A stretch of DNA of 64,000 bases from Macrostomum lignano (Eukaryota): the NCBI GenBank assembly GCA_002269645.1, contig NIVC01000819.1:1-64000 (forward strand). Reading direction: 5' to 3'. Each line of letters starts with the position of its first letter. Position 1 is the stretch's first letter. The position numbers and the translations under genes are program-made. Shown here one piece after another: positions 25,929-43,704 of this stretch. A model generated the notes under the pieces. It did not search any database, was not told the origin of the DNA, and saw only the letters and a list, made by a program, of their open reading frames with translations.

Positions 25929-26330
25929 GCGGGGGTTTGCAGTCCGACTCGGCCATCAGCTTCCTGTAGTCTTCATCAAACTCTCACACAATGTTTGGGC
26001 TGTAGTTGGCGTCCAAGAGTTCTCCAATCTTCTGGGAGTACAGCAGGTAGCCTCTCAGCTTGCTGGTGCTCACAGATCCGTCGTCATTCAAGTAGATGAG
26101 CGAGCCGTCGTCAGCCAGGCGCTGTAGGAATTGAGCATTGCCAGAGATCCACTGGTGAGTGTAAATCTTGCTTAGGCTTGGCGGCTGCTTTTTGATCACC
26201 AAGTTGCCGTTCTCCATACAGGCGGTCAGGCTCTTGGTGACTGGTTGGCGTTGGGCTTGACAAATTCTCGGATCAGGTAGGCCCGGCTGCGCTTTCTGGC
26301 CGACTGACCGCTTTCTACACCTGCGCACGA
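25929..26330 (-). mobile_element. Decayed DIRS/Ngaro-like gag fragment interrupted by the BEL 5' LTR
   Basis: QWISGNAQFLQRL..YLLYSQKIGELL..Y..V*EFDEDYRKLMA resembles the QW..A..L/Y..KI.EL/YD.EYR motifs of DIRS gag; same strand as the 18.9-19.3 kb RT fragment. Confidence 0.55.
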
Positions 26331-26509
26331 TAAAAAGGCCTCGTGCACAACAGCAGGAAAAGCTGTGAGCTCACCTTGAAGTAGGGAGGCAGCAGTCTGA
26401 TTCCCGATGAGCTCACCCTAAAGCCGTGTGAGCGCTTTGATTTCTGAGCTGTCTGGCTGTTAGTGCGCGTGCACTTTCCATGGTTATTGACAAATAAAAA
26501 ACTAATCAA

Positions 26510-26750
26510 GCAATTAACGCCCTTGAGGGCCAACCCCCAAGGCACAGTGAAGTATATATCCCTAACTATTAACAAATTTAGGGCTGCTGTACACTCCTGT
26601 GTGAGCGTGTGCCTATGCGTATGACTGCGTACGTATTCGCGCGCTTGTGTGCCTGCTCAGGGTGTCGGCGGAATGGGCTGCAATGCCTCTCGCCGGTTGT
26701 GTGACAATGTCGCTTAAAGTGCGCCAGGGTGTACACAGCTCCAGCCTCCA
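26510..26750 (+). mobile_element. 5'-truncated SINE family 2 copy
   Basis: Matches the 11.6-11.8 kb and 42.95-43.15 kb bodies from GCAATTAACGCCCTTGAGG onward. Confidence 0.65.
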
Positions 26751-27403
26751 ATTAATACAAAGATTGCAAAAGCAGAATACTCTCACAGTATAACTACCAA
26801 TGCATGCAAGGCGGGTACAGCACGCCTGTGTAGCATGAGACAGACTAGGCCTATGGGCTAAGGTCTGCGATCCTACACACCTGCACCCCCTCTATTCTGG
26901 TGCAGGAATGGCAGGAGAACTCTCTCCAAGCTGACTCGCAAGCCGACCCAGGGGTTCAAGTCCCGCATGTGTTCAAGGCAGCCCTAGGGCTGCTGGAATG
27001 ACTGGGCTCCGGCGGCGGCAACCCATCCGCGGCCTTTTGGCCAAATTGGGTACGGGCTCCGCCCGGAAGTGCACCTGTGCGTATCAGGTACCTCTGGCCA
27101 CGGCTCTGAGGAACAGGTACCACCCTCTGACCTTAACAGGGTATGCGGCCAGTCCGCAGGCTCCGGAGGCAGTCCTCCTGCTTCCCTCAAGGGCCCAGTG
27201 TAGTACCGTGCTGTTGGTCCTTTGTTTCGGCCTCTGGTTTTTCCAAGCCGGGCTCTTAGCCGGGGAGTTTCTCGGTTGCTAGCGGTCGGGCCGGTACGGG
27301 CTTAAGCCACCCCCCGGTCGCTACCTCTTGGCCTGGTTGTTGGGTTTGGGGTTACGGCCCAGCGGCTTCTCACCTTCAGTCCCCACTCGCCTTTCAGCGA
27401 CTC

Positions 27404-32619
<5,216 letters not shown>

Positions 32620-33842
32620 CTGCCCGTGGTCGCCAGGGGTTAGCGAAATGGGCGGCAACGCCTCCTCGCTGTTTCCGGACGCGCGGAGCCCCCTGCAGCT
32701 AAGTCAAAGTCAATAACTACCAATGGGTGAACGGCCAACTTTTTGTTGCACCCCTACTCAAAAAAGAGTCAAGCTGCCAGTTTGTATTCTGTACAGAAGT
32801 TGTGTGCAACTACATGATGACCTCAAAAGTGTGCAGCAGAATCTGTTCCTCTATACACTTTGGCATTCGGGGCAAGAGACTTCTGCTCATGTGAAAAAAG
32901 TATAAAGCAAGTACAAAAATTGCAATAGTAAAATTTTCTACCCATCTGCCGCTTATTTTGCTACTGAAAGTAGACAATCAGTTTGTTAAATATATTCTTT
33001 GCACTAGAAAAAGAACAAAGTGGATCCACTGGAGTGGTGCCCATTATGAAAAATGGTTCCTATTTCTTGATTTCATGTCCTTAGGACCACTACTGCTACC
33101 ACCAAGACTCCTAAGACTGACTTAGCGTTGTGCCAGAGGCCACAGAAAGTTACAAGACTGTCAGAACTTTCACTATGCCTTATGCTGCATTTTCTGCTTT
33201 AGTAGTCTTGCTAACTCTTCTTAAGGTCATGCATCTCCGCTGACAGACGCGATTTCGAGTTCAACAACTGGCTGATGCCTGCTTAGATAACGAGGGGTTC
33301 ACCCAGGGATACAATCACATGATGAGCACCTGCTCACCTTGGCAATGGCAATGAATGCTGGTTGGAAAATTGATGGGGAGCCAAGGTCGATAAAACACAT
33401 GGTTGTCAATCAACAGATGATGTCAGTTCGCAGACTCCGCGATTCCATGGCGCATCCGAGATCTGTGCTGGCAAAACCCGCACTGTGTTTTTCTACCGCT
33501 CAGAACTTTTCAGAATTTTCAGCACCAACTTGGTTGATCAAGGTCAAGGATAAGTTATCAATGATTAATATCTACTTAGACTTTAGTGGATGAAGAAAAA
33601 AAATATTAGACATTTTTGCAATGCGATAAAAGCTAAATAATCGAGTTTATTATATTATTTTGTTGTTTTGCGTTATGATTTCAAAGTGTGACCGCAAATG
33701 TTCCGGTCTTCCTGCTGCTTTATTTATCTTTTTTTCAAATTATCGTTCATTTAAACAAACAAGCTTTAGTAGGTTCGTGTTCTGCGCTGGTAACTGTTCA
33801 ATGTTTGTTTCTCAACGGTAGACTCTCAGTCGTCAGACAGGC

Positions 33843-34597
33843 TCACGGCTTCACCCAGACCCACTGGGCCTCGCTGGCGACCTCGCTGGGCACAGCGGCG
33901 AATCTCATGAGGCGGCACATCCGGCTGGACTGCACGAAGGCGCAGGCGAGGCAGTCCGGGCTGTGGCGGCAGGCGGCGAGACACTCGAAGGCCACCGTGG
34001 CCTCCTGGCTCCTGTAGGTGCTGTTCTCCGGCTGTCCGGGCGCGGTGGTGAGCATCGACTTGGTTGAGGCCACGCGCTTGAAGAGGCCGGTCTCTGAGCA
34101 GCAGCACAAATGCAGAAAAATGTAGATGCAGGAATCGTTAGGTAAAAGACAAGCAAACTTTTCTTACCTGGCGCATAGAAGTTCTTATAAATGGAGTTTC
34201 TATTTGGACCGCCGCAAATCTGGCTGCTGTTTCCAACGCAAAGTTCCTGACAGTCAGAATTCGCAGCGGCTCCGTATGCTCCGTAGCTGTTGCCGCAGAA
34301 GCAGAAGCCTTGCGCCTGCAGACCGAAGTAGCGAAATCTGCCCAGGGCGCAGAGGCTGCTGCAGCTCTCGATGGTGACGGTGGCCACATTGAAAAAGTAG
34401 GCCAAGTTTATCTTATCGGTGAAAGGCCCGATGGTCTTCAACCCAGTGAGGCCTTTCAAATCTCTGTTGCTGTTGTCACCATCAACAAAGCAGCCGATGT
34501 ATCCGTAATGCAGCACACTTGGCTGACTCATCGCCACCAGGAACAGCAAGGCCAGAGGCACGGATAGGAGGACAGTCAGGTGCACGGAGCGCTGCAT
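33843..34597 (-). CDS. WSC + PAN/Apple-like protein, type B copy 2 (exons 34597-34168, 34093-33843; 226 aa)
   Basis: Paralog of B1; donor CCA G|gtaag, acceptor ctcag|AG, 74-bp intron, in frame. Confidence 0.9.
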
Positions 34598-35819
34598 GCT
34601 GGCGCACTGGCGGTTACAGTAAGCTGGATGAGGACTGAAGGCTGCTTGACGCTGCTGGACTCTGACTACAGGATGAGGATTCACTTGTGGACACCCTTCG
34701 ACAAGATTACGAACAGGCCAAGATGCCTTTCAGACGGATGTGTATTATATGCGGACTTTTTCACAAGAAACAATGGCATGAGTTGTTGAAGCGCAGATGA
34801 AATTTCATTGGTTGCTTGCGACTTGCGGGGCTTGGTGACTCTGTAACTCTCCTGCACAGGCTGGTAAGCAGTTCAGACAAGTTGCCATGGTAACCAGCAA
34901 GACAGCCAACCTCGCTTCCCTTTTCCATCTTGACCAAGCGGCAGAGAGGCAGAAAGGAAGCTCGCATTGTATCGCTTGATTGACATGGAAAGCGGCAAGC
35001 GAAAGCCGGAGTATATTCGGTTTCGCGCCTTTCACAAGAAACTTAAGTTTACCTTGATTTCCAAGCTATCTGACTTGTCTGCCTTGTGGAATTTCCTGAA
35101 CCGCCTGGTCTTCATAGATAAAAACTGTGGGACCATCTGTTTAGCTGTAGCTGTAGCAGTTTTTTTGCCTTGCACAGCTTTGCGAGTCGTCGTGCGACCC
35201 CTCCAGCGGCCGTTACTCACCGTGGCACAGACAATGCTTCAAGTGCTAGCGCGGAAATCCACCTACCTGAACACAGCCAATTCAACCCGATGGTCACGTG
35301 AAACACGCCACAGTGCACAGCATAAATAATCAGTCTATCTGACGTAGGATGCCGACAGGCGCGAATTCAAGTAAAGAAAACTGAAAATGCAAACAAAAAC
35401 AAAGCAGTAGCAATGGAAAGTGGAATAGCACCAAGTCGATCACTTGGATCGAGCTCTCCTGGGATTGCCTCGCTCAGGTGATCCCAGGGACTACTAAAAC
35501 TAGCATCACCTCGAAACTAGTTTCAGTAGTCCCTGGATGATGCTTGTTTTTTAAAAAGCGACTCGCTCAGGTTTGATGGCGGGCTTGCATTGTAGGTGCT
35601 GCTTGCATTGCATTGTGGACATGGAGAACAGCCAAAAATGCCAAAATAACCCGTTTCAGGTCACGTCAAACGACTTTACTGTGCGGCAAAATAAACCTGA
35701 TGATAAAACCATTCGAACATGCCTGCACCGAAGCCCCCAACCACAATGGAAGCTGAGGGAAGCTCAATTTGGTTAAAATCTTGAATCCCAGGGATGAAGA
35801 GCTGCTGACTAGACTAGCA

Positions 35820-35965
35820 ACTAGCAACAGAAGCCGAAGCCACAGCAACAGAAGCCCAAGCCATAGCAACAGAAGCCGAAGCCATAGCAACAGAAGCCGA
35901 AGCCATAGCAACAGAAGCCGAAGCGTTAGCAACAGAAGCCGAAGCCATAGCAACAGAAGCCGAGC
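35820..35965. repeat. 21-bp minisatellite (AGCAACAGAAGCCGAAGCCAT)n, ~6-7 copies
   Basis: Read directly; homologous to the ~34-copy array at 49650. Confidence 0.93.
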
Positions 35966-36517
35966 CAGGAGGCAGGAGCAGAAGCACAGTTGGCTTTAAG
36001 TTTTCAATGCATTTCAACAGTGTAGTTGCTATTCATATCTCACTACTAAATAGTAGTGTAGTCGATTTCTTAAGATTTAACGCGCCAATGTCAGGTTGAT
36101 AACTCATTAACTTAGACAAGGGTTTCATAAAGAAGCATTTGCAGTAAACTGTCCCCAAAAAATTAACGGAATTTGTGAAACAAACAGCGTATTCTATAAC
36201 GTTGGGCTTTGAGTCCAGAGGCTGCATGATCAAGTCTCTGATTCTGCTAATAAAACTCTCATTTCCCTGATCGGTGCATTTCCTGTTGGATACTTGGATT
36301 TGAGATCAGTTGGATCAATATGTACAGCCAACTGCCTAGTATAACTCAATGGCTGTAACGGATATATGAAGAAATAATTAACAGTACCAGCCAAAAGGCA
36401 GCTTCTAGTTTTGCGATGCCATTATTTACTACCGTCTGGCAGCACTGCAAATTCAATCTGCCAAAATTCGTGTTCAGAGCTGCTTGTGTCTCCACGGCAG
36501 GTTATCAGCCGACAGGC

Positions 36518-37363
36518 TCACGGCATCACCCAGACCCACTGGGCCTCGCTGGCGACCTCGCCGGGGACAGCGGCGAATCTCATGAGGCGGCACATCCGGC
36601 TGGACTGCACGAAGGCGCAGGCGAGGCAGTCCGGGCTGCGGTGGCAGGCGGCGAGGCACTCAAAAGCCAGCGTGGCCTCCTGGCTCCAGTAGATGACGGA
36701 GCTGGCGGAGGCTGAGATGGTCGGCATGGCAGACGCGGCCATTCGCTTCAATACGGACCCGACTGCGGGTGAAGTTGAGTGAAAGCAGTTGCAGAGTGAC
36801 TTTCCGCTGTCAGGCATTCTGGTGACCAATGCTAAGCTTATAATCTGAGTGCATGGGAAGTACATCTTCATCGAACACAATAGCAAGTTAGATAGTACTT
36901 GTATTCAATCCGTTAAAGTCAAATAACTATTTGCAACCGTCGCATAGGAGATTTCGTAGATGGAGTTGCGGCCCCAGCCACCGCAAATCTGACTCGCATT
37001 TCCTCCGCAGGACACGCTGCAGTCCGACGGAGCAGCGGCACCGTGGGAGCCAAACGTGTTGTCGCAGCCACAGAAGTGCCTGCCCTGAACGCAGAAGTAG
37101 CGAAACCGGCCGTAGGAGCAGATCTGGCTGCACAGCTCCAGGGTCATCGAGCTGTCAGTGCGCACGAATGCAGGGACGTTCTCATGGTTGGCAAACATGC
37201 CAAGCGAGACGAGTCCGAGAAGTCCGGCCAAGTCTTTGTTGCCGCCGCCGCCATCCGCATAGCAGCCAACGTGGCTGAACCCCAGCGGCTGCGGAGGCAC
37301 AGCGACGGTGCAGCCGCCACCGCTGACGAGCAACAGCAGCAGCGAGAAAACAGCCGCATGCAT
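36518..37363 (-). CDS. WSC + PAN/Apple-like protein, type C copy 1 (exon 1 from 37363, exon 2 36762-36518; donor uncertain)
   Basis: MHAAVFSLLLLLV signal peptide and WSC motif; good acceptor cccgcag|TC. The family-position donor is missing; a weak phase-1 donor A|gttatt at 36927 gives an in-frame 226 aa product. Confidence 0.72.
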
Positions 37364-38309
37364 TTCACAGCTCAAATGCAGTTAAGAGCAGATCTGACGA
37401 AGCCGTTGCGGGAGTTGCGATGGGGATTTTCTACTCAGTTCTGTTGCTAGGCGAGGGTTGTCACAAAACTGAGGATGCTTAATTAACTTGCTGCTGACAC
37501 AATTGGCTGCTCAACCCGGAGAGACTCTAATAAACTTGGAGATGCACAGCAGGGCAGCAACGCTTCAAACTCCACACCAGCCAAGCAGCAGAAGCTCGAC
37601 CGTCTTTCCCACCGTGACTGAGTCGACAATGGCCCCAGCTGCATCTCTTTTGCATAGCTGTCCATTGCATGAAATTCTTTGTCTTAATCAGTCCCGTCTC
37701 TTACCCCTAGCTGAGCCGCTGTGGAATAATTAGCCTGCAAGTACCATCTCGTTGAGAATGTTACTGAGCCAGCAGAAGACAGCATGCGATGCGTTGCACG
37801 AAATGCAGTTATAGTCTCTGTTAGTTCTGATGGAAGATGAATGTGCTGCTGGCTCCTAACTTTGCGTGTCTCAGAATTCTTGAAAATGCCCCTCATTAGC
37901 GACTCAAAACTCTGCTTAAATTGTTCAGCTCAGGAGCATGGCTTTGCTCAGGTGATGATGGCGGGCTTGCTATTGTAGGTTGTGCTGTCAGTCAGTTTAT
38001 TGCTAGCTAGTGGCTAGAATATGGTCCATCAGGTATCCAGAAGTCCATTAAATTTTTCTACAAACAGAATCTCGCCATAGCTGATTCCCTTTGTGGGGAT
38101 TGCATGTATTGGGGATATTTGAAAAAAAGAATTAACAATAGGAGCCAAACGGTAGTTTTTAGATTCGCAATGCCATAATTTTCTTTCGTCTGCAGTTGTG
38201 TCGTAGTCTTTGTATTGTAAGCACATCATTCTCTCAGAAATCTCTCTGCGCAGCCGATTCAGCTGCGTACTAACCAGCGCGAGCTCTGCTTAACTTGCTG
38301 CATCAACTG

Positions 38310-38570
38310 GATCCTCAGGTAATTAGCATCTAGATACTCAGGTAATTAGCATCTAGATACTCAGGTAATTAACATCTACATCCTCAGATAATTAGCATCT
38401 AGATCCTCAGGTAATTAGCATCTAGATCCTCAGGTGATTAGCATCTAGATCCTCAGGTAATTAGCATCTAGATCCTCAGGTAATTAGCATCTAGATCCCC
38501 AGGTAATTAGCATCTAGATCCTCAGGTAATTAGCATCTAGATCCTCAGGTAATTAGCATCTACATCCTCA
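38310..38570. repeat. 23-bp minisatellite (TAGATCCTCAGGTAATTAGCATC)n, ~11 copies
   Basis: Read directly; homologous to the longer array at 52955. Confidence 0.95.
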
Positions 38571-39458
38571 GGCTGCTACCAAGGAGTGCAGATGGATACC
38601 AGCTGCCTTTGAAGTTACACAGTTAATGCGGAGATTCGCTATGAGTATACAATTTGAGTGCTCTCTTGGGCAGGTGAAAATCCGCGAAACTTTCAAGCAC
38701 AATTTAAGCAGCTTCTGGGCAGAAAATGGAAGTCGATTTTTCTAAGAATTGAAAACGATGTTAAGATCCTAATTAGGGCAAGCCACTTGTGTGAATCTAC
38801 GTTGTTCTCAGCTTCTCAGAATCGAGGTAGCAGCTCTTCTTGAAATAAATGTACTGCTTCAAATTTCCATCGTTCTGACGCATTTCAGTGCGTCACTGAC
38901 AGTCTGCACTTTCACTTTGATTACACTGCTCAATAGTAGCTTCATAACCGTATCTTACTACTTACTCAATAGTAGGCGATGATTTCTTAGGACTCAGCGG
39001 ATCGATGGATGTTTGACAGTTGATTGACTTCGGGCACAGTTAGACAGGTGTTTTACGAGCATGCCCATGATAGGAAACTGAAAACTCGCTAACTGGCTCT
39101 GCTTGGTTAAGTTTTGTCAAGACAGGTGGAAATCATATTACATTGCAGTATTAACATGTTTAACACCGAATTTAGTTGTTGGTTTTGCTTTGTCAATTCA
39201 GATTCTGCTTCACAATGGCGACAATCAATTTGGGGTGCCGCGAAAAAGTGTAAAAGAGCCACTTGGGGACAATTTTCAAAAGATAAGGAGACAAGGTAGA
39301 AAAATTGTTAACGTACGGTAGGGCAGTCTACGTTACTAATTAAAAACGCCTTTGCTAAAAAAAGCAACATTAAGTAATTGTTCTCTGCTTGTTTGCTCGA
39401 TTTCGCCATCCCAGAAGTTCTTCTCTCGAACTCATTTGCTTTTGTAGTTGCAAATTCG

Positions 39459-40230
39459 TCACGGCTTCACCCAGACCCACTGGGCCTCGCTGGCGATGTC
39501 GCTGGGCACAGCGGCGAATCTCATGAGGCGGCACATCCGGCTGGACTGCACGAAGGCGCAGGCGAGGCAGTCCGGGCTTCGGTGGCAGGCGGCCGCGCAC
39601 TCGATGACGCTTCCGGCCGTCTCGCTGCGGTAAACGATGGAGCTGGTGGAGGCTGCGATGCTCGGCATGGAAGCAACGGGAACTTTCGTTAGTTTCGGTC
39701 CAACTGTAAATTAGGAAGGAGTTTAAAAAGTTGTCTAAATCGTTAGGATAAAAACTGGTTTAACTTATTGAGAGAATCACAATTTTCTTGGCGCAGAACC
39801 CACTCGGTGGATACAGAGACTCATAGATGGAGTTCCTTGAGTCGCCGCCGCACTCCTGAGACGTGTTCCCTGTGCAAGGGTAGATGCAGTCGGCGGCAGC
39901 GGCGACGCCTTTCGAGCCGTAGGTCGAGCTGCAGCAGCAGAAAACGCGGCTCTGGGTACCGAAGTAGCGAAAGCGGCCGTAGGAGCAGATTTCTCTGCAC
40001 ATCTCCAGCGTCAGACTTTCTTCTCGGACAAAGACCGGGTTTCCTGAGTCATATGAGTAGGGTCCCAAAGTAGTGACCCCTTTCAGGCCAACCAGGTCCC
40101 GGTCCCCGTTGCCTCCGTCAACGTAGCAGCCAAGGTACTGATGGCCCAACGGCTGTGGCGGCAGCAGATGCCCTGAGCAACAATAGCCCTGCACCAGCAG
40201 CAGCAGGAGGGCCTGATCGGGGCGGAACAT
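39459..40230 (-). CDS. WSC + PAN/Apple-like protein, type D copy 1 (exons 40230-39804, 39703-39459; 223 aa)
   Basis: MFRPDQALLLLLV signal peptide and WSC motif; donor CCG A|gtggg, acceptor tttacag|TT, 100-bp intron in frame; TATA-like ATATAAAAA at 40316-40308. Confidence 0.9.
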
Positions 40231-41397
40231 TGGCTCAGCGACGGGTTGCGACGAATAACGGAGAGCTGAGTCCGAATCAGTCTGTTAATTTCAAGTTCTC
40301 CGCAGACTTTTTATATCGACCGGTGTCGCCCCCACCCCAATTGCTTTATTTGCCCGGCTCAGGGACTTCTTGATAGAGCATCTGAATTGGAAGCTCCCCA
40401 CCCCAAACATTTCATGGGGGAGCAAAACCGATAGCCAGTCAAATCAAGGCAATCGCCCAGTCTAGTAAGTCAGTTATGCTAGATGAAGCGATGGCTCAAA
40501 GCTCATAAAAATGTACTCGCTCTGAAGGGTCATCCCACATCATTGTCTAAGCCAACTTTGCCCGAAAAGGACCAAGGGATCCTTGCGGAAGAAACATTCT
40601 GTCTTATACAAGGTCTACAGGACGTCATGCAGGACGTGGACGCTCAATTGTGGTTTAATTGGACCCAGGGGTCCTAACAGTGTCTGAAGCTGTTTTCAAA
40701 TGCACATTTTGGCATGCAATGTAGCGGATATTATAAACCATTATTCTCAGTTGCTACGGAACTTGCCAAGTACGGAACTTCTGGTTGGGCTCAGCTGATT
40801 CAACGCAGATCAACCAACTGTGTGTGTGACACGTCTTCGAGCTTGCTGTATTTTCATACTCTCATGTTCCATTCGGAATTCCTGTTGGCTGACTGTAGGC
40901 TGCGCTGAAACGATGAATGTCAAATGCCAGAGAGCTGTGCCAGTGGATGCGCCGGAACTGTAAACCTGCTGTTTACTCAAATGAATCCACTGTGAGCTCA
41001 CACGTCAGCTGGGAGTCCAGACAGACACACGATACCTGACTCTGAACAAGCCAGCGTCAGGAATTTCCAAAGTCCGGAGTCAAAAAGCATTGTGAATTTC
41101 GACTGAGCTCGAATCCGGCCAGGCATTTAACTAAGGCAGTTAAATGGTGAGGAATGTCTGCTCAGCTGAGTAGCATATCCTAGTAGTTCTGCAGAATTCG
41201 CATCTAACAGGTTCAGTGTAGAATTTATTGTAGATAAAGGAATGATACACCATGTCAAAGGCTGGATAACATATGTTATAATGACAAAATCAAGTCATTA
41301 CCTGCAGTTATCTCCAATCTGCACTGGCAATGCATTCAGCTGGGCTTATGTGCTTCATCGGTTCCTCTTTCTGTAAAGCAGAGGTCGATGCTTTAGA

Positions 41398-42240
41398 TGA
41401 GAGAGGAGAAAGGAGACGAGGGGAGAGGGGAGAGAGGGAGAGAGTCGAGAGAGGGGGGAGAGAGGGAGAGAGGGAGAGAGGGAGAGAGGGGAGAGAGGGG
41501 AGAGAGGGGAGACAGTGGAGAGAGGGGAGAGAGGGGAGAGAGGGGAGAGAGGGAGAGAGGGGAGAGAGGGAGAGAGGGGAGAGAGGGGAGAGAGGGGAGA
41601 GAGGGGAGAGAGGGGAGAGAGGGGAGAGAGGGGAGAGAGGGGAGAGAGGGGAGAGAGGGGAGAGTGCTATCCAAGTAGCGCCATTGCTATCCAAGTAGCG
41701 TCATTGCTATCCAAGTAGCTCCAGTGCTATGGGAGAAAGGGGAGAAAGGGGAGAGAGGGGAGAGAGGGGAGAGAGGGGAGAGAGGGGAGAGAGGGGAGAG
41801 AGGGGAGAGAGGAGAGAGAGGGATAGAGGGGAGAGAGGGGAGAGAGGGGAGAGAGGGGAGAGAGGGGAGAGAGGGGAGAGAGGGAGAGAGGGAGAGAGGA
41901 GAGAGAGGGGATAGAGGGGAGAGAGGGGAGAGAGGGGAGAGAGGGGAGAGAGGGGATAGAGGGAGAGAGGGGAGAGAGGGGAGAGAGGGGAGAGAGGGGA
42001 GAGAGGGGAGAGAGGGGATAGAGGGGAGAGAGGGAGAGAGGGGGAGAGAGGGGAGAGAGGGGAGAGAGGGGAGAGAGGGGATAGAGGGAGAGAGGGGAGA
42101 GAGGGGAGAGAGGGAGAGAGGGGAGAGAGGGGAGGAAGGCGAGATGAGAGAGGAAGGGAGATGAGGGGAGAGGGGAAAGAGGAAAGATGAGGGGAGAGGG
42201 GAGAGGAGGGGAAAGGAAGGGAAGAGGAAAGGAGGAGAAA
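41398..42240. repeat. Purine-rich microsatellite, mainly (GAGAGAGGG)n, interrupted by a 20-bp GCTATCCAAGTAGC repeat
   Basis: Read directly; explains the ERG/LSP repeat ORFs. Confidence 0.95.
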
Positions 42241-42827
42241 AAGAAAAAGATAGCTGAGAAGAGGCACAAGCCTTAAGTTGGCCGGATTGCTATTGTGAAG
42301 TTTCACGGACCCGAGGGCTGGATGGAGAGACTTCGCGAGCCGCGACTCCTGCTGTAAAGCATACACAGTGCACTGCTGGTTTCTGGTATCAAGCCATTGC
42401 TCTGGCTTGTTCTCATCGCGAGAAGATTCCTTAGTCACTGTCGATATCTGCTTTTCTAGTTCACTGACTCTGAGAACCACTAGACTCTCCAGTCCAGAGC
42501 ACCATATGAACAAGCTTTTGAGAAAATTCGAATGCTGGCAGGGCACCGCATTGGCAGGAAGATGCGACTCTTGATGGCTTTTCTGTTCCTTTCACTTTTT
42601 CATTGAAGTGAATTTTTTTTCGAATTTTAGCTGCTCTGCGCTCTTTGAAGACTCGAAATTGAGAACGGAATGACCTGGCAATTGATTCCTACGGTACTCT
42701 CACAAGCACTGGGCCGTTTTTGCTTTCTTGTCTTTGCCATTACACAGTGGCCGTACAGAATAGAATTGTGGGACCAGTCAGCAAGATATACAAAAATTCA
42801 AGACACATGCATAATGCATGTCAGTCA

Positions 42828-43150
42828 GGGGGCGTAGCCTTAGTGGTCTGGCGCGGAGCTCTGATGTGCCAGCGGCCCAGGCTCGATTCCGAGTGCAGTC
42901 AAATTCATTTCGGGCTAAATTGGAATCTCAGCTTGGCCCCGCTCGTGCAATTAACGCCCTTGAGGCCCAACCCCCAAGGCACAGTGAAGTTACATGCTTA
43001 ATGATAAATAAAGTTAGGGCCACTGTACAGTCCTGTGTGAGTATGTGCCTGTATGTATGACTGCGTACGTATCCACGCGCTTATGTGTCTGCTCAGGGAA
43101 GTCAGGGGAATTGGCAGTAATGCCTTTCGCTGATTGTGCGACAAAGTGGC
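42828..43150 (+). mobile_element. tRNA-derived SINE family 2 copy
   Basis: GGGGGCGTAGCCTTAGTGG (A box) and GGCTCGATTCC (B box), with the body shared with the 11.5 and 26.5 kb copies. Confidence 0.68.
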
Positions 43151-43704
43151 TTTAATAAAGTGCATGTTAGACAAGAGTTAGACTTGCGTTTTGCATTTCC
43201 TTTCATTGCTGTATTCCCTTTTCTGCCTCATTCACTAATGAGGATCTTTGGCAGATTCCAGTCCAGTTGCTATGCTAAAAAGTCCCTGGCCGGCTGCATT
43301 GCTCAAAGTCCATTAACCTGCACAAAAAGAGTAGAGTGAAGTAGTCAGATTTTGCTGCAACAATGGGAGCAGTGGCTATTGTCCCTTTGATTCCGGCATG
43401 TAGGATGGGAGCTGGTCCCTTTCAGGAGACTGCAGAGAGCTGAAAAGTCTCAATGAGGTCTAAAAATGGGTCTCCTAATGGTTCGCGATTGCGCGCACAA
43501 TAAAAGGTTGAAAAAGTCGCCAACAATGCGCTGGACTATTGGATACTTTTCGATTCAGTCGACTTTCCATGCGTTATCTGCGTCACAGATGCAAATTTTC
43601 ACTATACTACTTTTAACTGAGTAGTAGTACATGGAATATAGTACATGGAAATTAATCTCGGTGAACAAGAGGCAAAAGCGTATTTGTTGAGTTCACTGCT
43701 AGGG

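Noticed and set aside
26803-27403. HDV-like ribozyme in the LINE 5' UTR
   Set aside because: Hairpins and a CTAAG segment exist, but I could not build the nested double pseudoknot by eye; an RNAMotif search would be needed.
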